DNA of 64,000 nt from an uncultured Acidobacteriota bacterium (GCA_963700145.1 OY969474.1:3808001-3872000); one strand, 5' to 3'; shown: positions 10,863 to 22,936, numbered from the stretch's first letter. Numbers and translations are program-made. The notes: generated by a model from the letters alone, not told the origin.

Positions 10863-12371
10863 ATGCACCGGAGTCCCCTTCTCTTCCCCCGGCAGCCGCA
10901 CGCCCTCGTCCTGGCCGGCGCGCTGCTCCTCGCCGCGCTGCCCGCGCAGGCGGCCCTCTTCACCCCGACGCAGACCGCCGACGACGACGGCGCCTGCGAC
11001 GCCTCCTGCTCGCTGCGCGAGGCGATCCTCGCCGCCAACGACAACCCCGGGGCCGACGTGATCCTGCTCGGCCCGGGTGTCTACAGCCTCTCGCTCGCCG
11101 GCGCCGGCGAGGACGGCGGCGAGACCGGCGACCTCGACGTCACCGGCGACTTGACGCTCGTCGGCGACAGTGCCGCGAGCACCGTCATCGACGGCACCGG
11201 CAGCGGCGACCGCCTGATCGACGTCCACGGCGCCCGCCTCGAGCTGACCGGCGTCACCCTGCGCGACGGCGGCGGCGCCGGCAACGGCGGCCTGCTCCAC
11301 AACCTGGGCGGCGAGCTGATCGTCTCGCGCAGCATCCTGACCGCCGGACGGGTACTGGGCGCCGGCTCCTTCGGCGGCGCGATCTACAGCGACGGCGCCC
11401 TCTCCGTGGCCGAGAGCACGCTGCGCGGCAACACGACCGGCGGCAGCGGCGGCGCCGTCGCCGTCAAGGAAGAGCTCGCTCTCGTCAACTCGACGCTCTC
11501 CGACAACCAGGCGGGCGCCTTCGGCGGCGGCCTCTACGTCTTCGCCGACGTCGCCGGCGACGTGTCGAACACGACGATCGCGGCGAACGCGGCCGGCCAG
11601 GGCGCCGGCGGCGTCTTCGTCGAGAGCGCCGCGTTCCTCGGCGGCAGCCCCAAGTTCCACAACACGATCGTCGCCGGCAACACCGCCCTCGCCGACCCCG
11701 ACTGCAGCGGCTCGGCGGACTCGCTCGGCTTCAACCTCGTGGGGGTCGGCGGCGGGTGCTTCGACTTCACCGCCGCGCACCAGGACCTCGTCGGCACGGC
11801 GGCCGCGCCGCTCAACCCGCAGATCGGCGCGCTCGGCGCCAACGGCGGCCCCACCCCGACCCACCTGCCGGCGGCGGCCAGCCCGGCGGTCAACGCCGGC
11901 AACCCGGCGGCGCCGGGCAGCGGCGGCGCGGCCTGCCAGCCGATCGACCAGCGCGGCGCCGACCGGCCCGGCACCCCCGGCACCCGCTGCGACGTCGGCG
12001 CCGTCGAGCGCACCACGGCCTGCGTCCCCGGCGGCGCCAACCTCTGCCTGGAGCAGGGCCGCTTCCAGGTCACCGCGAAGTGGACGATCCAGTCGGGCCA
12101 GACCGGCGCCGCGCAGGCCGTGCAGCTCACCGACGACGCCGGCTACTTCTGGTTCTTCTCGCGGGAGAACATCGAGGTGACGGCGAAGGTGGTCAATGCC
12201 TGCGTCCCGGCCTTCAACCGCTTCTGGGTCTTCCTCGCGGGCATGACCAACGTCAAGGTCGACATCACCGTCACCGACACCAAGACCGGCCAGGTGAAGA
12301 CCTACACCAACCCCCAGGGCCGCACCTTCCGCACCATCCTCGACACCCAGGCCTTCAACACCTGCCCCTAG
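10863..12371 (+). CDS. Secreted CSLREA / choice-of-anchor Q beta-helix protein with Cys-bracketed C-terminal domain
   Basis: SD AGGAG, signal peptide, 'CSLREAILAAN', GGA-type repeats, 'NGGPTPTH', 'DQRG', 'CDVGAVE'. Confidence 0.85.
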   Translation: MHRSPLLFPRQPHALVLAGALLLAALPAQAALFTPTQTADDDGACDASCSLREAILAANDNPGADVILLGPGVYSLSLAGAGEDGGETGDLDVTGDLTLVGDSAASTVIDGTGSGDRLIDVHGARLELTGVTLRDGGGAGNGGLLHNLGGELIVSRSILTAGRVLGAGSFGGAIYSDGALSVAESTLRGNTTGGSGGAVAVKEELALVNSTLSDNQAGAFGGGLYVFADVAGDVSNTTIAANAAGQGAGGVFVESAAFLGGSPKFHNTIVAGNTALADPDCSGSADSLGFNLVGVGGGCFDFTAAHQDLVGTAAAPLNPQIGALGANGGPTPTHLPAAASPAVNAGNPAAPGSGGAACQPIDQRGADRPGTPGTRCDVGAVERTTACVPGGANLCLEQGRFQVTAKWTIQSGQTGAAQAVQLTDDAGYFWFFSRENIEVTAKVVNACVPAFNRFWVFLAGMTNVKVDITVTDTKTGQVKTYTNPQGRTFRTILDTQAFNTCP

Positions 12372-12438
12372 GTATTCGCCCCGGGCCGCCGGCGCCTCAG
12401 CCGGCGGCCCGCGGCGGCCGATCCGTTATCCTCCCCCC

Positions 12439-14922
12439 GTGGACATGAGCCAGGCGATCCTGGAGGCCCAGCGGGCGGAGGGGACTGAGGATCAAATCCT
12501 CGAAACGTTCCGCCGCTGGGGCTATCTCGCGGCGGACCTCGACCCGCTCGACCGGCTGGCGCCCGAGCCGCTGCCGGGGCTCGACGCGGAGGAAGCCGCC
12601 GCCGCCGAGCGCGCCCGCGCCTGGTACGCGGGGCCGATCGGCGCCGAGTTCATGCACATCCCCGACCCCGAGCGGCGGCGCTGGGTGCAGGAGCGGATGG
12701 AAGGGCCGGCGCCGGCGGTGGACCGCGACCGCGTCCTCGAAGAGCTGATGCAGGCCGACCTCTTCGAGCAGGTCCTCCAGGCCCGCTACCTCGGCACCAA
12801 GCGCTTCTCGATCGAAGGGGTGGACGCTCTGCTGCCGCTGCTCACCGAGATGCTCGAAGGGTGCGCGGCGCGCCAGGGCGAGCAGGTGGTCGTGGCGATG
12901 AGCCACCGCGGGCGGCTCAACGTCATGGTGCATACCGTCGGCCGGCCGGCGGCCGAGATCTTCGCCGGCTTCGAGGACGTCGACCCGCGCAGCGTCATGG
13001 GGGCCGGCGACGTCAAGTACCACATGGGCGCGACCGGCACCTTCCGCGCCCGCAACGGCCGCGAGCTGGCGATCCACCTGGTCTCGAACCCCAGCCACCT
13101 CGAGGCGGTCGATCCGATCGCCGTCGGCCGGGTGCGCGCCAAGCAGGCGCGGCGCGGCGGCGACGCGCGGCGGCAGGTGGTGCCGATCCTCCTCCACGGC
13201 GACGCCGCCTTCGCCGGCCAGGGGGTGCTCGCCGAGACGCTCAACATGGCCGACCTCGCCGGCTTCGACGTCGGCGGCACGGTCCACGTCATCGTCAACA
13301 ACCTGATCGGCTTCACCACCGAGCCCAAGAACCTGCACTCCTCGCGCTTCGCCTCCGACGTCGCGCGGCGGCTGCCGATCCCGATCTTCCACGTCAACGG
13401 CGAGGAGCTCGAGGCGGTCGCCAAGGTGGCGGCGATGGCGGTCGACTACCGCGCCGCCTTCGCCGACGACGTCGTCGTCGACCTCATCGGCTACCGCCGC
13501 CACGGCCACAGCGAGGTGGACGACCCGACGATCACCCAGCCGCTGCTCTACAAGAAGATCGGCGCGCGGCCGCCGCTCTGGCGGCTCTACGCCGAGCGGC
13601 TGGGGCTGCCGGCGGCGGAGGTCGAGGCGCGGGCGGCGCGGGTCAAGGCGCGTTTCGAGGAGGAGCACAAGCGGGCGGAGGCGATCGAGAAGAAGCCAAC
13701 GCTGCGCACGCTCCCGGCCTACTGGGACCGCTTCCCCGGCGGCCGCTGGAAGCCCGAGTACGAGGTGGCGACCGGCCTGCCGGCCGAGGAGGCGGCGCGG
13801 CTCGGCGCGCGGCTGGCCGCCGCCCCCGCCGGTTTCGCCGTCCACGAGAAGATCAAGCGCCTCCTCGAGCAGCGCGCCGAGATGGCCGCCGGCAAGCGCC
13901 CCATCGACTACGGCATGGCCGAGGCGCTGGCGTTCGCTTCCCTCGTCGCCGGCGGCGTGCCGGTGCGCTTCAGCGGCCAGGACAGCCGCCGCGGCACGTT
14001 CAACCAGCGCCACGCCGTGCTGATCGACGTCGCCAACAACGCCGAGCACCTGCCGCTCCAGCACGTCGCGCCCGACCAGGCGCGCTTCGAGATCTACGAC
14101 TCCAGCCTCTCGGAGGCCGCGGTCCTCGGCTTCGAGTACGGCTACAGCCGCGACTACCCCGAGACGCTGGTGCTCTGGGAGGCGCAGTTCGGCGACTTCG
14201 CCAACGGCGCGCAGATCGTCATCGACCAGTTCGTCACCGCCGGCGAGGACAAGTGGGGGCTGCTTTCGGGGGTCGTGCTGCTCCTGCCGCACGGCTACGA
14301 GGGGCAGGGGCCGGAGCACTCCAGCGCGCGGCTCGAGCGGTTCCTCCAGCTCGCCGCCGAGGACAACATCCAGGTCTGCCAGCCCTCGACCGCGGCGCAG
14401 TACTTCCACCTGCTGCGCCGGCAGGCGCTCCGCCCCTGGCGCAAGCCGCTCGTCGTCTTCACCCCCAAGAGCATGCTGCGGCACAAGGAGAGCGGCTCGA
14501 CGGTGGCGGACTTGGGCCGCGAGCGCTTCGCCAACGTGCTGGGCGAGCCGGGGATCGAGGGAGCGGAGCGCGTGCTGCTCGGGACCGGCAAGATCGTCCA
14601 CGAGCTGCGCCGCGAGCGCGAGCGGCTGGGCGAGAAGGCGACCGCGGTCGTCGCCCTCGAGCAGCTCTACCCCTTCCCGCGGCAGGAGCTCGAAGCCGAG
14701 CTCGCCCGCCACCCCGCGGCGCGCGACCTGGTCTGGGTGCAGGAGGAGCCCGCCAACATGGGCGCCCTGTTCTTCGTCCTCCCCCGCCTGGAGCACGTCG
14801 CCGGCCGCCCGGTCCGCTCGGTCAAGCGGTCGGCGTCGGGCAGCCCGGCCACCGGCTCGGCCAAGGCGCACGCGCTGGAGCAAAAGACGCTCCTGGCACT
14901 GGCGTTCGGGAGCGGGGCATGA
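12439..14922 (+). CDS. sucA: 2-oxoglutarate dehydrogenase E1 component (short N-terminus)
   Basis: 'KRFSIEG', 'MSHRGRLN', 'GDVKYHMG', 'NPSHLE', 'HGDAAFAGQG', 'WEAQFGDF', 'GPEHSSAR'. Confidence 0.96.
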   Translation: MDMSQAILEAQRAEGTEDQILETFRRWGYLAADLDPLDRLAPEPLPGLDAEEAAAAERARAWYAGPIGAEFMHIPDPERRRWVQERMEGPAPAVDRDRVLEELMQADLFEQVLQARYLGTKRFSIEGVDALLPLLTEMLEGCAARQGEQVVVAMSHRGRLNVMVHTVGRPAAEIFAGFEDVDPRSVMGAGDVKYHMGATGTFRARNGRELAIHLVSNPSHLEAVDPIAVGRVRAKQARRGGDARRQVVPILLHGDAAFAGQGVLAETLNMADLAGFDVGGTVHVIVNNLIGFTTEPKNLHSSRFASDVARRLPIPIFHVNGEELEAVAKVAAMAVDYRAAFADDVVVDLIGYRRHGHSEVDDPTITQPLLYKKIGARPPLWRLYAERLGLPAAEVEARAARVKARFEEEHKRAEAIEKKPTLRTLPAYWDRFPGGRWKPEYEVATGLPAEEAARLGARLAAAPAGFAVHEKIKRLLEQRAEMAAGKRPIDYGMAEALAFASLVAGGVPVRFSGQDSRRGTFNQRHAVLIDVANNAEHLPLQHVAPDQARFEIYDSSLSEAAVLGFEYGYSRDYPETLVLWEAQFGDFANGAQIVIDQFVTAGEDKWGLLSGVVLLLPHGYEGQGPEHSSARLERFLQLAAEDNIQVCQPSTAAQYFHLLRRQALRPWRKPLVVFTPKSMLRHKESGSTVADLGRERFANVLGEPGIEGAERVLLGTGKIVHELRRERERLGEKATAVVALEQLYPFPRQELEAELARHPAARDLVWVQEEPANMGALFFVLPRLEHVAGRPVRSVKRSASGSPATGSAKAHALEQKTLLALAFGSGA

Positions 14923-15812
14923 GGGGACGCCCGATCGCCGTCCTGCCGCTGCTCGCCGCCACGCTGCTCGGGCCGGCGCTGGCGGGCGCCGAGACGATCT
15001 ACGGCACGACCTTCGCGGGCATGGGGCTCACCACCTTCGACAGCGCCACGCCGGGCACCACCACGGGGGTCGGTCCGTTCCCCCCCGCGAGCCAGATCCA
15101 CGCGCTCGACTTCCGGCCGGCGACCGGAGAGCTCTACGGGATCATCTTCAGGGGCCAGCCGGCCGACTTCAACTACCGGCTGGTGAAGATCGACAAGACG
15201 AACGCGGCGATCACCTGGACCGGCCCGCCCCTGCCGATCTCGGGCTCGTCGTTCGCGCTCTCCTTCCCCTTCGCCGGCGACGTGGCCCGGATCGTCACCT
15301 TGTTTCAGCACGTCCTCGTCGATCCGGATACCGGGGTGGCCACCGCGGTCACCGACCTGCCGAGCGGGGAGCAAGTCGCGGCGATCGCCGACGCGCCGTC
15401 GCTGACCCTCTACGGCATCGAGGTCAACCTCGACGAGCTGGTCCGCATCGGCGGTTTCGGCGGCTTCCCCTCCCCCGATGCCGGCGCCGTGACCACGGTG
15501 GGGGCGCTCAACACCCCCGTCGGGCCGCCCAGCGGCTTCGACACCGCCAGCTTCGACATCTCGGCGTCGTCGGGCGTGGCGTACGCCGCGCTGACCGCGA
15601 TGTCGAACGCACCGTCCCAGCTCTTCACCGTGAACCTGCAGACCGGCGCCGCGACCCTGGTCGGGACGATCGGCAATCCTGCCGTGAACGCGATCGCCGT
15701 GGAGCCGGCGCCGCTGGCGGCCCCGCCGATCCCCACCGCCGCGGAGTGGATGCTCTTCGCCTTCGCCGCCATCCTCGCGGCCCTCGCTTTACGGCGCCTG
15801 GCGGCGCCGTAA
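14919..15812 (+). CDS. Secreted DUF4394-like beta-propeller protein with IPTL-CTERM sorting tail
   Basis: ATGA overlap with sucA; signal peptide; 'LDFRPATGELYG'; C-terminal 'IPTAAEWMLFAFAAILAALALRR'. Confidence 0.78.
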   Translation: MRGRPIAVLPLLAATLLGPALAGAETIYGTTFAGMGLTTFDSATPGTTTGVGPFPPASQIHALDFRPATGELYGIIFRGQPADFNYRLVKIDKTNAAITWTGPPLPISGSSFALSFPFAGDVARIVTLFQHVLVDPDTGVATAVTDLPSGEQVAAIADAPSLTLYGIEVNLDELVRIGGFGGFPSPDAGAVTTVGALNTPVGPPSGFDTASFDISASSGVAYAALTAMSNAPSQLFTVNLQTGAATLVGTIGNPAVNAIAVEPAPLAAPPIPTAAEWMLFAFAAILAALALRRLAAP

Positions 15813-15829
15813 AGCGGGGGGCATCGCCC

Positions 15830-16438
15830 GACACGCTCCCGATCGGCGGGGGAACGCGGGGAAGGAGGTCCGGAAAGCTCCCCGCGCTGTCCGGAAGGCG
15901 GACGTGGACGGCGGGAAGGCTCCCCGAGGCTGGGGAAAAACGGCGGAAGCGCGGGGGAAAGCTCTGCGGGCGCGTCGGAACGCTCCCCGTCGCGCCCGGA
16001 GCGCTCTGCGCTGCGCCGGGAGCACGCCGGCGCTCTGTGAAAGCCCGCCGGCGCTCCGGCGGAGGGTTCTGGCGGTGCGTAGGAGTTGGCAGCGGCCGTC
16101 GCGGACCCCGGCGCGTGTCGGCGGGAGGTCACGCCCGCTCGGCGGGCCGGCTCGTGCGCTCGGCGAGAGCCGGCGCCGCGTCGGTCGGAATTACGCCACC
16201 GACGGCGGGAACGCTCCCGCGGTCGCCGGGAGCATTTCCTCGTCGTGCGGGAGAGTTCCCGGCCGTCCAAAGAACGCTCCCGGCCTCGCTGGGAGAATTT
16301 CGGAGGGGGTCGGAAAGGCTCTGGCCGGACGCGGGAGCATTCCCGCCCGCTCGGGGAGCTTTCCAGGGCGCGCCGGGAGTCTTCCGTGGGCGTTCCGCTG
16401 AATTTCCGCTCTCTGCCAGAGGTACTTGGCTCTCGGAC
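15830..16438. repeat. Degenerate tandem array with exact 21-bp period (about 28 units; core GGA-N4-TCC)
   Basis: GGA (or AGA/GAA) recurs at 15851, 15872, 15893, 15914 ... 16334, 16355, 16376 without register shift; e.g. GGAAAGCTCC, GGAACGCTCC, GGAGCATTCC, GGAGCTTTCC. Confidence 0.85.
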
Positions 16439-16463
16439 GGGGCAGAAGCGGAGCTAGGCGCGG

Positions 16464-16941
<478 letters not shown>

Positions 16942-16944
16942 TCA

Positions 16945-17035
16945 GTACGCTTGTACTTCCCGAAGGTACGCTTGCACCTCATAAAAGTACCGGTACCTAG
17001 CGAAAGTACCAACGTACCGGCCGTTCGTACAAGCG
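16945..17035. promoter_or_regulatory. GTAC-rich repeat cluster upstream of brnT (candidate operator)
   Basis: GTAC at 16945, 16953, 16966, 16987, 16993, 17006, 17014, 17027; direct repeat GTACGCTTG(T/C)AC 21 bp apart; inverted pair CGCTTGTAC/GTACAAGCG. Confidence 0.55.
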
Positions 17036-17131
17036 ATTTTTGCCTGCGCGCGGCCCCCTCGCGCGGCACCGCCGTTGTAACGACCCGCTCCCCGCCCCCG
17101 CCTAAGCACGACACCAACGGAGGATGTGTCG

Positions 17132-18743
17132 ATGCCCAAAGAACCTGCCGAAACCCATCGCACGATCGATCTCGAAGTCCGCGCCGACCTGGCGGACGCG
17201 AAGGACGCGCCGAAGCGCCCGGAAGCGGCCGCCTACGTCTTTTCACAGGGCGGGAAGCTGCTGACCGTCGCCGACCTCGACGCCGAAGGCGCCGCGCGGG
17301 TGAGCCTGCCCGTCGCCGGCGAGTCGACCCAGGTGCGCGTCTTCGTGGGGCCGCGCCTCGAGAAGGGCGCTCGGGCCACCCTGTCGGAGCTCAGGCGCCG
17401 CGGCGCCCGCGAGCGGCACGTCCGCCTCGGCCGCGACCAGCGTCTCGAGCCCCTCGAGTTCCGCATCCTGCCCGACACCTGGCACTGCTGGCTGCTCGGG
17501 CTCTGCGTCGTCCGCGGCACGCTGGTCAAGCGCGTCACGACCGACGGCTACCCGGTCGAGTTCCCGGTCTGCGACGCGACCGTCGAGATCTACGAAGTCG
17601 ACCCCTTCCACATCTTCATCAGCAAGCTCCCCAAGGTCGAGCTCGACCGGCTGCGCGACTACATCCTGCACCCGCGCCCGCTGCCCGAGCCGCCGCCCGA
17701 GGAGCTGCCGGGGCCGTTCCCCGGTCCGTTCCCGGGCCCGGCGCCGATCCCCGACCGGGTGCCGCCCTCCTTCCGCCGCGCCGGGCTGAGGGCGACGGCG
17801 GAGCACTCGCACCGCGACGCGGCCTTCGCGCTGGCCGACAGCGCCGGCGCGAGCGACCTCCGCCTCGCGGCCCGCGGCGGCAACCGGCAGGTCTTCGAGC
17901 AGGCGCTGGTCGCCAAGGCCGACGTCGTGCGGCCCCTCCTCTGCGTCCTCTTTCCGAAGCTCGTCTGGATGCAGAAGATCGGCACCGCGACGACCGACGA
18001 GTGCGGCCACTTCGAGGAGCTCCTCTTCCTCGGCTGCCACGGCGGCGACAAGCCCGACCTCTACTTCAAGGCCAAGCAGAAGTTCCTCGGGATCTTCGAC
18101 ATCACGATCTACGCGCCGAAGCCGGTGTCCTGCTACACCCACTGGAATTACAAGTGCGGCACCGAAGTGAAGCTCGTCACCTACCACCCGCTGGCGAGCA
18201 CCTGCGCGCCCTGCCAGGGGGTCAACGCGGAGGGCAACTGGGTGCTCTTCGCCGCCGTCGGCAACGTCTCGCTGGCACGCATCTACGGCGCCTCGGACGA
18301 CCTCCAGGCGACCGTGCACGTCGACAACAACCCGACCTACGCCGAGATCGACGCGCCGACCATCGGCCTGGCGTCCGCCGACCCCTGCTGCGGCGTGCTC
18401 GAGTTCACGCCCGGAGACATGGTGACGATCCCCTGGCGCGCCAAGCACAAGAACGGCTTCGCCACCTACGGGTTCCAGGTCAAGCGGGTGGCCGAGCTGG
18501 TGTTCTCGACCGGCGGCCCGGTGGGGCTGGTGGGCAACCACTCCACGGTGCAGTCGGCCGCCACGCTGCTCAACACCAACCTGCCGCTCGGGTGCGCGCC
18601 GGACGGCTGCGACGTGGCGGGCTTCGCGTCGTGGCTCGACGTTCAACGCGCTCGCCACCGACGGGTGGTCAAGGCTCTCGGGCTACGACCGCGGGGACTT
18701 CGAAGCCTTCGTGCTGTCCAACGAAGCAACGGCAGCTCGGTGA
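17132..18743 (+). pseudogene. Cys-rich hypothetical protein with apparent +1 frameshift near 18642
   Basis: SD GGAGGA 7 nt before ATG; removing one T at 18642 gives 'DVNALATDGWSRLSGYDRGDFEAFVLS...' to TGA 18743 instead of an Arg-rich shadow tail. Confidence 0.6.
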
Positions 18744-19768
18744 CGAAGCGCCAGCCGAAGGCCTTCGAGGGAGTCCAGGCGCCGGGCGGGACGCGGCCGG
18801 CTGCGACCCGCTCGGCGCACTCGACGGCGGAGACGGCGGTGAAGGCGTAGGCCTCGGGGGTCTCGAGGGTGCCGGTCACCGCAGCGCCGGCGGCGTCGCG
18901 GACCTCGCCCCAGAGGCACATCCGGCCGCGCGTCCGCGCCCGCTCGTCGGGGCCGGTGACCGTGCGCTCGACCCGGCGGCGCAGGAAGCTCTTGACCGGG
19001 CGGAGGGCGAGGAGCGGCAGGAGCGGGCGGACTAGCCGCGCGCGGCGGATCGCCTTCGGCGGCGTGCCCGAGTAGACGCGGATGTTGGGGATGCCGGTCG
19101 AGTGGTAGGCGGTCGAGACGTCGCCCCAGGCGATCGTCATCGCCCAGCGCTTGCCGCAGGAGAAGGGGATCTCGCGCGCGTCCCAGGCCAGCGGCACCGG
19201 CACGATCCGGCCGTCGCGGCGGATCGCGCCGGCGTGCGGCAGCGCCTCGATCATGGTCTTGAGCGTGCCGCGGCTCATGCTGGTGCCTTCGGCGTAGAAG
19301 GCGAGCGCCAGCTCGACCGCGCCGGGGAGCGCCTCGGCCAGGCGCGCCGCCAGGCAGTCGCTGGGGACGACGTCGAAGCCGGCGCCGGGCAGCAGCACGA
19401 CGCCGGCCCGCCGCGCCGCCTCGCCCTGCGCCAGGACGGCCTCGAAGACGGCGATCTCGCCGGTGATGTCGAGGTAGTGGACGCCGCTCTGCGAGGCAGG
19501 CGGCGACGAGCGGCGCGCTGGTGCGCACGAACGGGCCGGCGCAGTGGAGGACGGCGGCGACGCCGTCGAGGCCGCGGCGGAGGGCGGCGGGGTCGTCGAG
19601 CCCGAAGGCACGGTGGGGGAGGCCGAGCTCGGCGGCGAGGGCGGCGACCGCCGCGGCGTTGCGGCCGGCGAGGACGGGCGCCAGGCCGCGCCGCGCCGCC
19701 TCGCGCGCCACCAGCTCGCCGGTGTAGCCGTTGGCGCCGTAGAGGAGCCAGGGCGCGCCGGCGCTCAC
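18643..19768 (-). pseudogene. Saccharopine dehydrogenase-like NAD(P)-binding oxidoreductase, frameshifted near 19490
   Basis: 'LYGANGYTG' and 'HCAGPF' in one frame, 'HYLDITGE', 'GAGFDVVPSDCL' in another; single extra base at 19490. Confidence 0.8.
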
Positions 19769-20274
19769 GGGCCGCCGGCGCCGGGCAGCTCTTCGCGGAG
19801 GACCGCCGCCGCCTGCTCGGCGGCGTAGCGGCGGAGGCTCTCGCGCAGCTCGGGGCGGGAGAGGGCGAGGACGCGGACGGCGAGGAGCGCGGCGTTGACC
19901 GCGCCGGCCTTGCCGATCGCCAGCGTGCCGACCGGCACGCCTCCCGGCATCTGCACGGTCGAGAGCAGGGCGTCGAGGCCGTTCAAGGCCCAGCCCTGCA
20001 TCGGCACGCCGAAGACGGGCAGCAGCGTGTGGGCGGCGACGACGCCCGCCAGGTGCGCCGCCCCGCCGGCCGCGGCGACGATGACCTCGACCCCCCGCCC
20101 CGGCGCCGCCAGCACGTACTCGCGCGTGGCGTCCGGCGTCCGGTGGGCCGAGAGCACCCGCGCCTCGTGCGCCACCTCGAACCGCCCCAGCGTCTCGGCG
20201 GTGTGCCGCATCGTCTCCCAGTCCGACCGGCTCCCCATCAGCACGGCGACCAGCGGGCGTTCGGAATTCGTCAT
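19765..20274 (-). CDS. purE: N5-CAIR mutase
   Basis: 'MGSRSDW', 'SAHRTP', 'AGGAAHL', '[11 protein letters not shown]', 'GAVNAAL'. Confidence 0.97.
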   Translation of the reverse strand: MTNSERPLVAVLMGSRSDWETMRHTAETLGRFEVAHEARVLSAHRTPDATREYVLAAPGRGVEVIVAAAGGAAHLAGVVAAHTLLPVFGVPMQGWALNGLDALLSTVQMPGGVPVGTLAIGKAGAVNAALLAVRVLALSRPELRESLRRYAAEQAAAVLREELPGAGGP

Positions 20275-20277
20275 GCG

Positions 20278-20616
20278 CTAGAGCTCCAAAACCAGCCGCA
20301 CGCCCTGCTCGACTCGTTCGAGCAGCCTGGACGGTAGCTCGCCGACCCGCTCGGTGAGTTGGCGCTTGTTGACGGTCAGGACCTGCGACACGTTCGCGAC
20401 GGAATCCTTCGGCAGATCCGTCGCGCGGCGCGGCAGAAGAACGTTGCCCGGCGCGTCGGCAAGGCGCAGGTTCGTGGTGACGGTGACGACGATCACCGTC
20501 CCGATGGCAGTCTTGGTGAAGCGATCACTCTGCAGGATCAGGAGCGGCCGCCGGTAGCCTGGCTCGGAGCCTTCCGGCTCCGGCAGGTTTCCCCACCAGA
20601 TCTCGCCCCGCCGCAT
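20278..20616 (-). CDS. mazF: MazF/PemK family toxin
   Basis: 'RRGEIWW..L.EP.GSEPGYRRP.LILQ', 'DSVANVSQ.LTV.K'. Confidence 0.92.
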   Translation of the reverse strand: MRRGEIWWGNLPEPEGSEPGYRRPLLILQSDRFTKTAIGTVIVVTVTTNLRLADAPGNVLLPRRATDLPKDSVANVSQVLTVNKRQLTERVGELPSRLLERVEQGVRLVLEL

Positions 20617-20852
20617 TACCAGTCGTCACGCGGCAAGGACAGAGACTGGAGGCGTGCCAGCGCTGGGTCCAGCTCGGAAGGCTCGTCCGCATAGATCCGG
20701 TTGAGCGCCTCGGTGATGTCCGCTTGCCGTTGCGCATCGACATAGCTCCGGAGCGCCACGGCGTAGAGCTGGCTGCGGGACATCCCGGTCTTCTCGGCGA
20801 GCTCGTCCGCCTCTTCGAACAGGGCGTCTGGAATCGAGACCGCGGTCTTCAT
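20616..20852 (-). CDS. Ribbon-helix-helix antitoxin (MazE-like)
   Basis: '[19 protein letters not shown]...MSRSQLY'; TAATG coupling to toxin. Confidence 0.88.
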   Translation of the reverse strand: MKTAVSIPDALFEEADELAEKTGMSRSQLYAVALRSYVDAQRQADITEALNRIYADEPSELDPALARLQSLSLPRDDW

Positions 20853-20858
20853 GGCGAG

Positions 20859-20877
20859 AGTATAACCAGCGTCATAC
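20859..20877 (-). promoter_or_regulatory. -10 element and operator palindrome of the TA module (leaderless)
   Basis: Minus-strand TATACT 6 nt before ATG; near-palindrome GTATAAC-N4-GTCATAC. Confidence 0.6.
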
Positions 20878-20929
20878 CCCGATCGCAACTTCGACCAGCC
20901 GCACCTCGTGTACGATCCTCGCCGCCGCA

Positions 20930-22870
<1,941 letters not shown>

Positions 22871-22936
22871 CCCCAGCGCCGAATCACAACCGCAGCTCGC
22901 CGGCGGCCGCCCCCTGGGCCGCGCAGGAGGTGCCCG

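Noticed and set aside
12439-14922. sucA as a truncated pseudogene
   Set aside because: All catalytic motifs are intact and it has a plausible promoter and start; absence of sucB in the window is not evidence of loss
15830-16438. CRISPR array
   Set aside because: Conserved core is only about 10 bp and degenerate, spacers about 11 bp, and no cas genes are present
19480-19500. Programmed ribosomal frameshift in the oxidoreductase
   Set aside because: No slippery heptamer; a single-base insertion (mutation or sequencing error) is simpler
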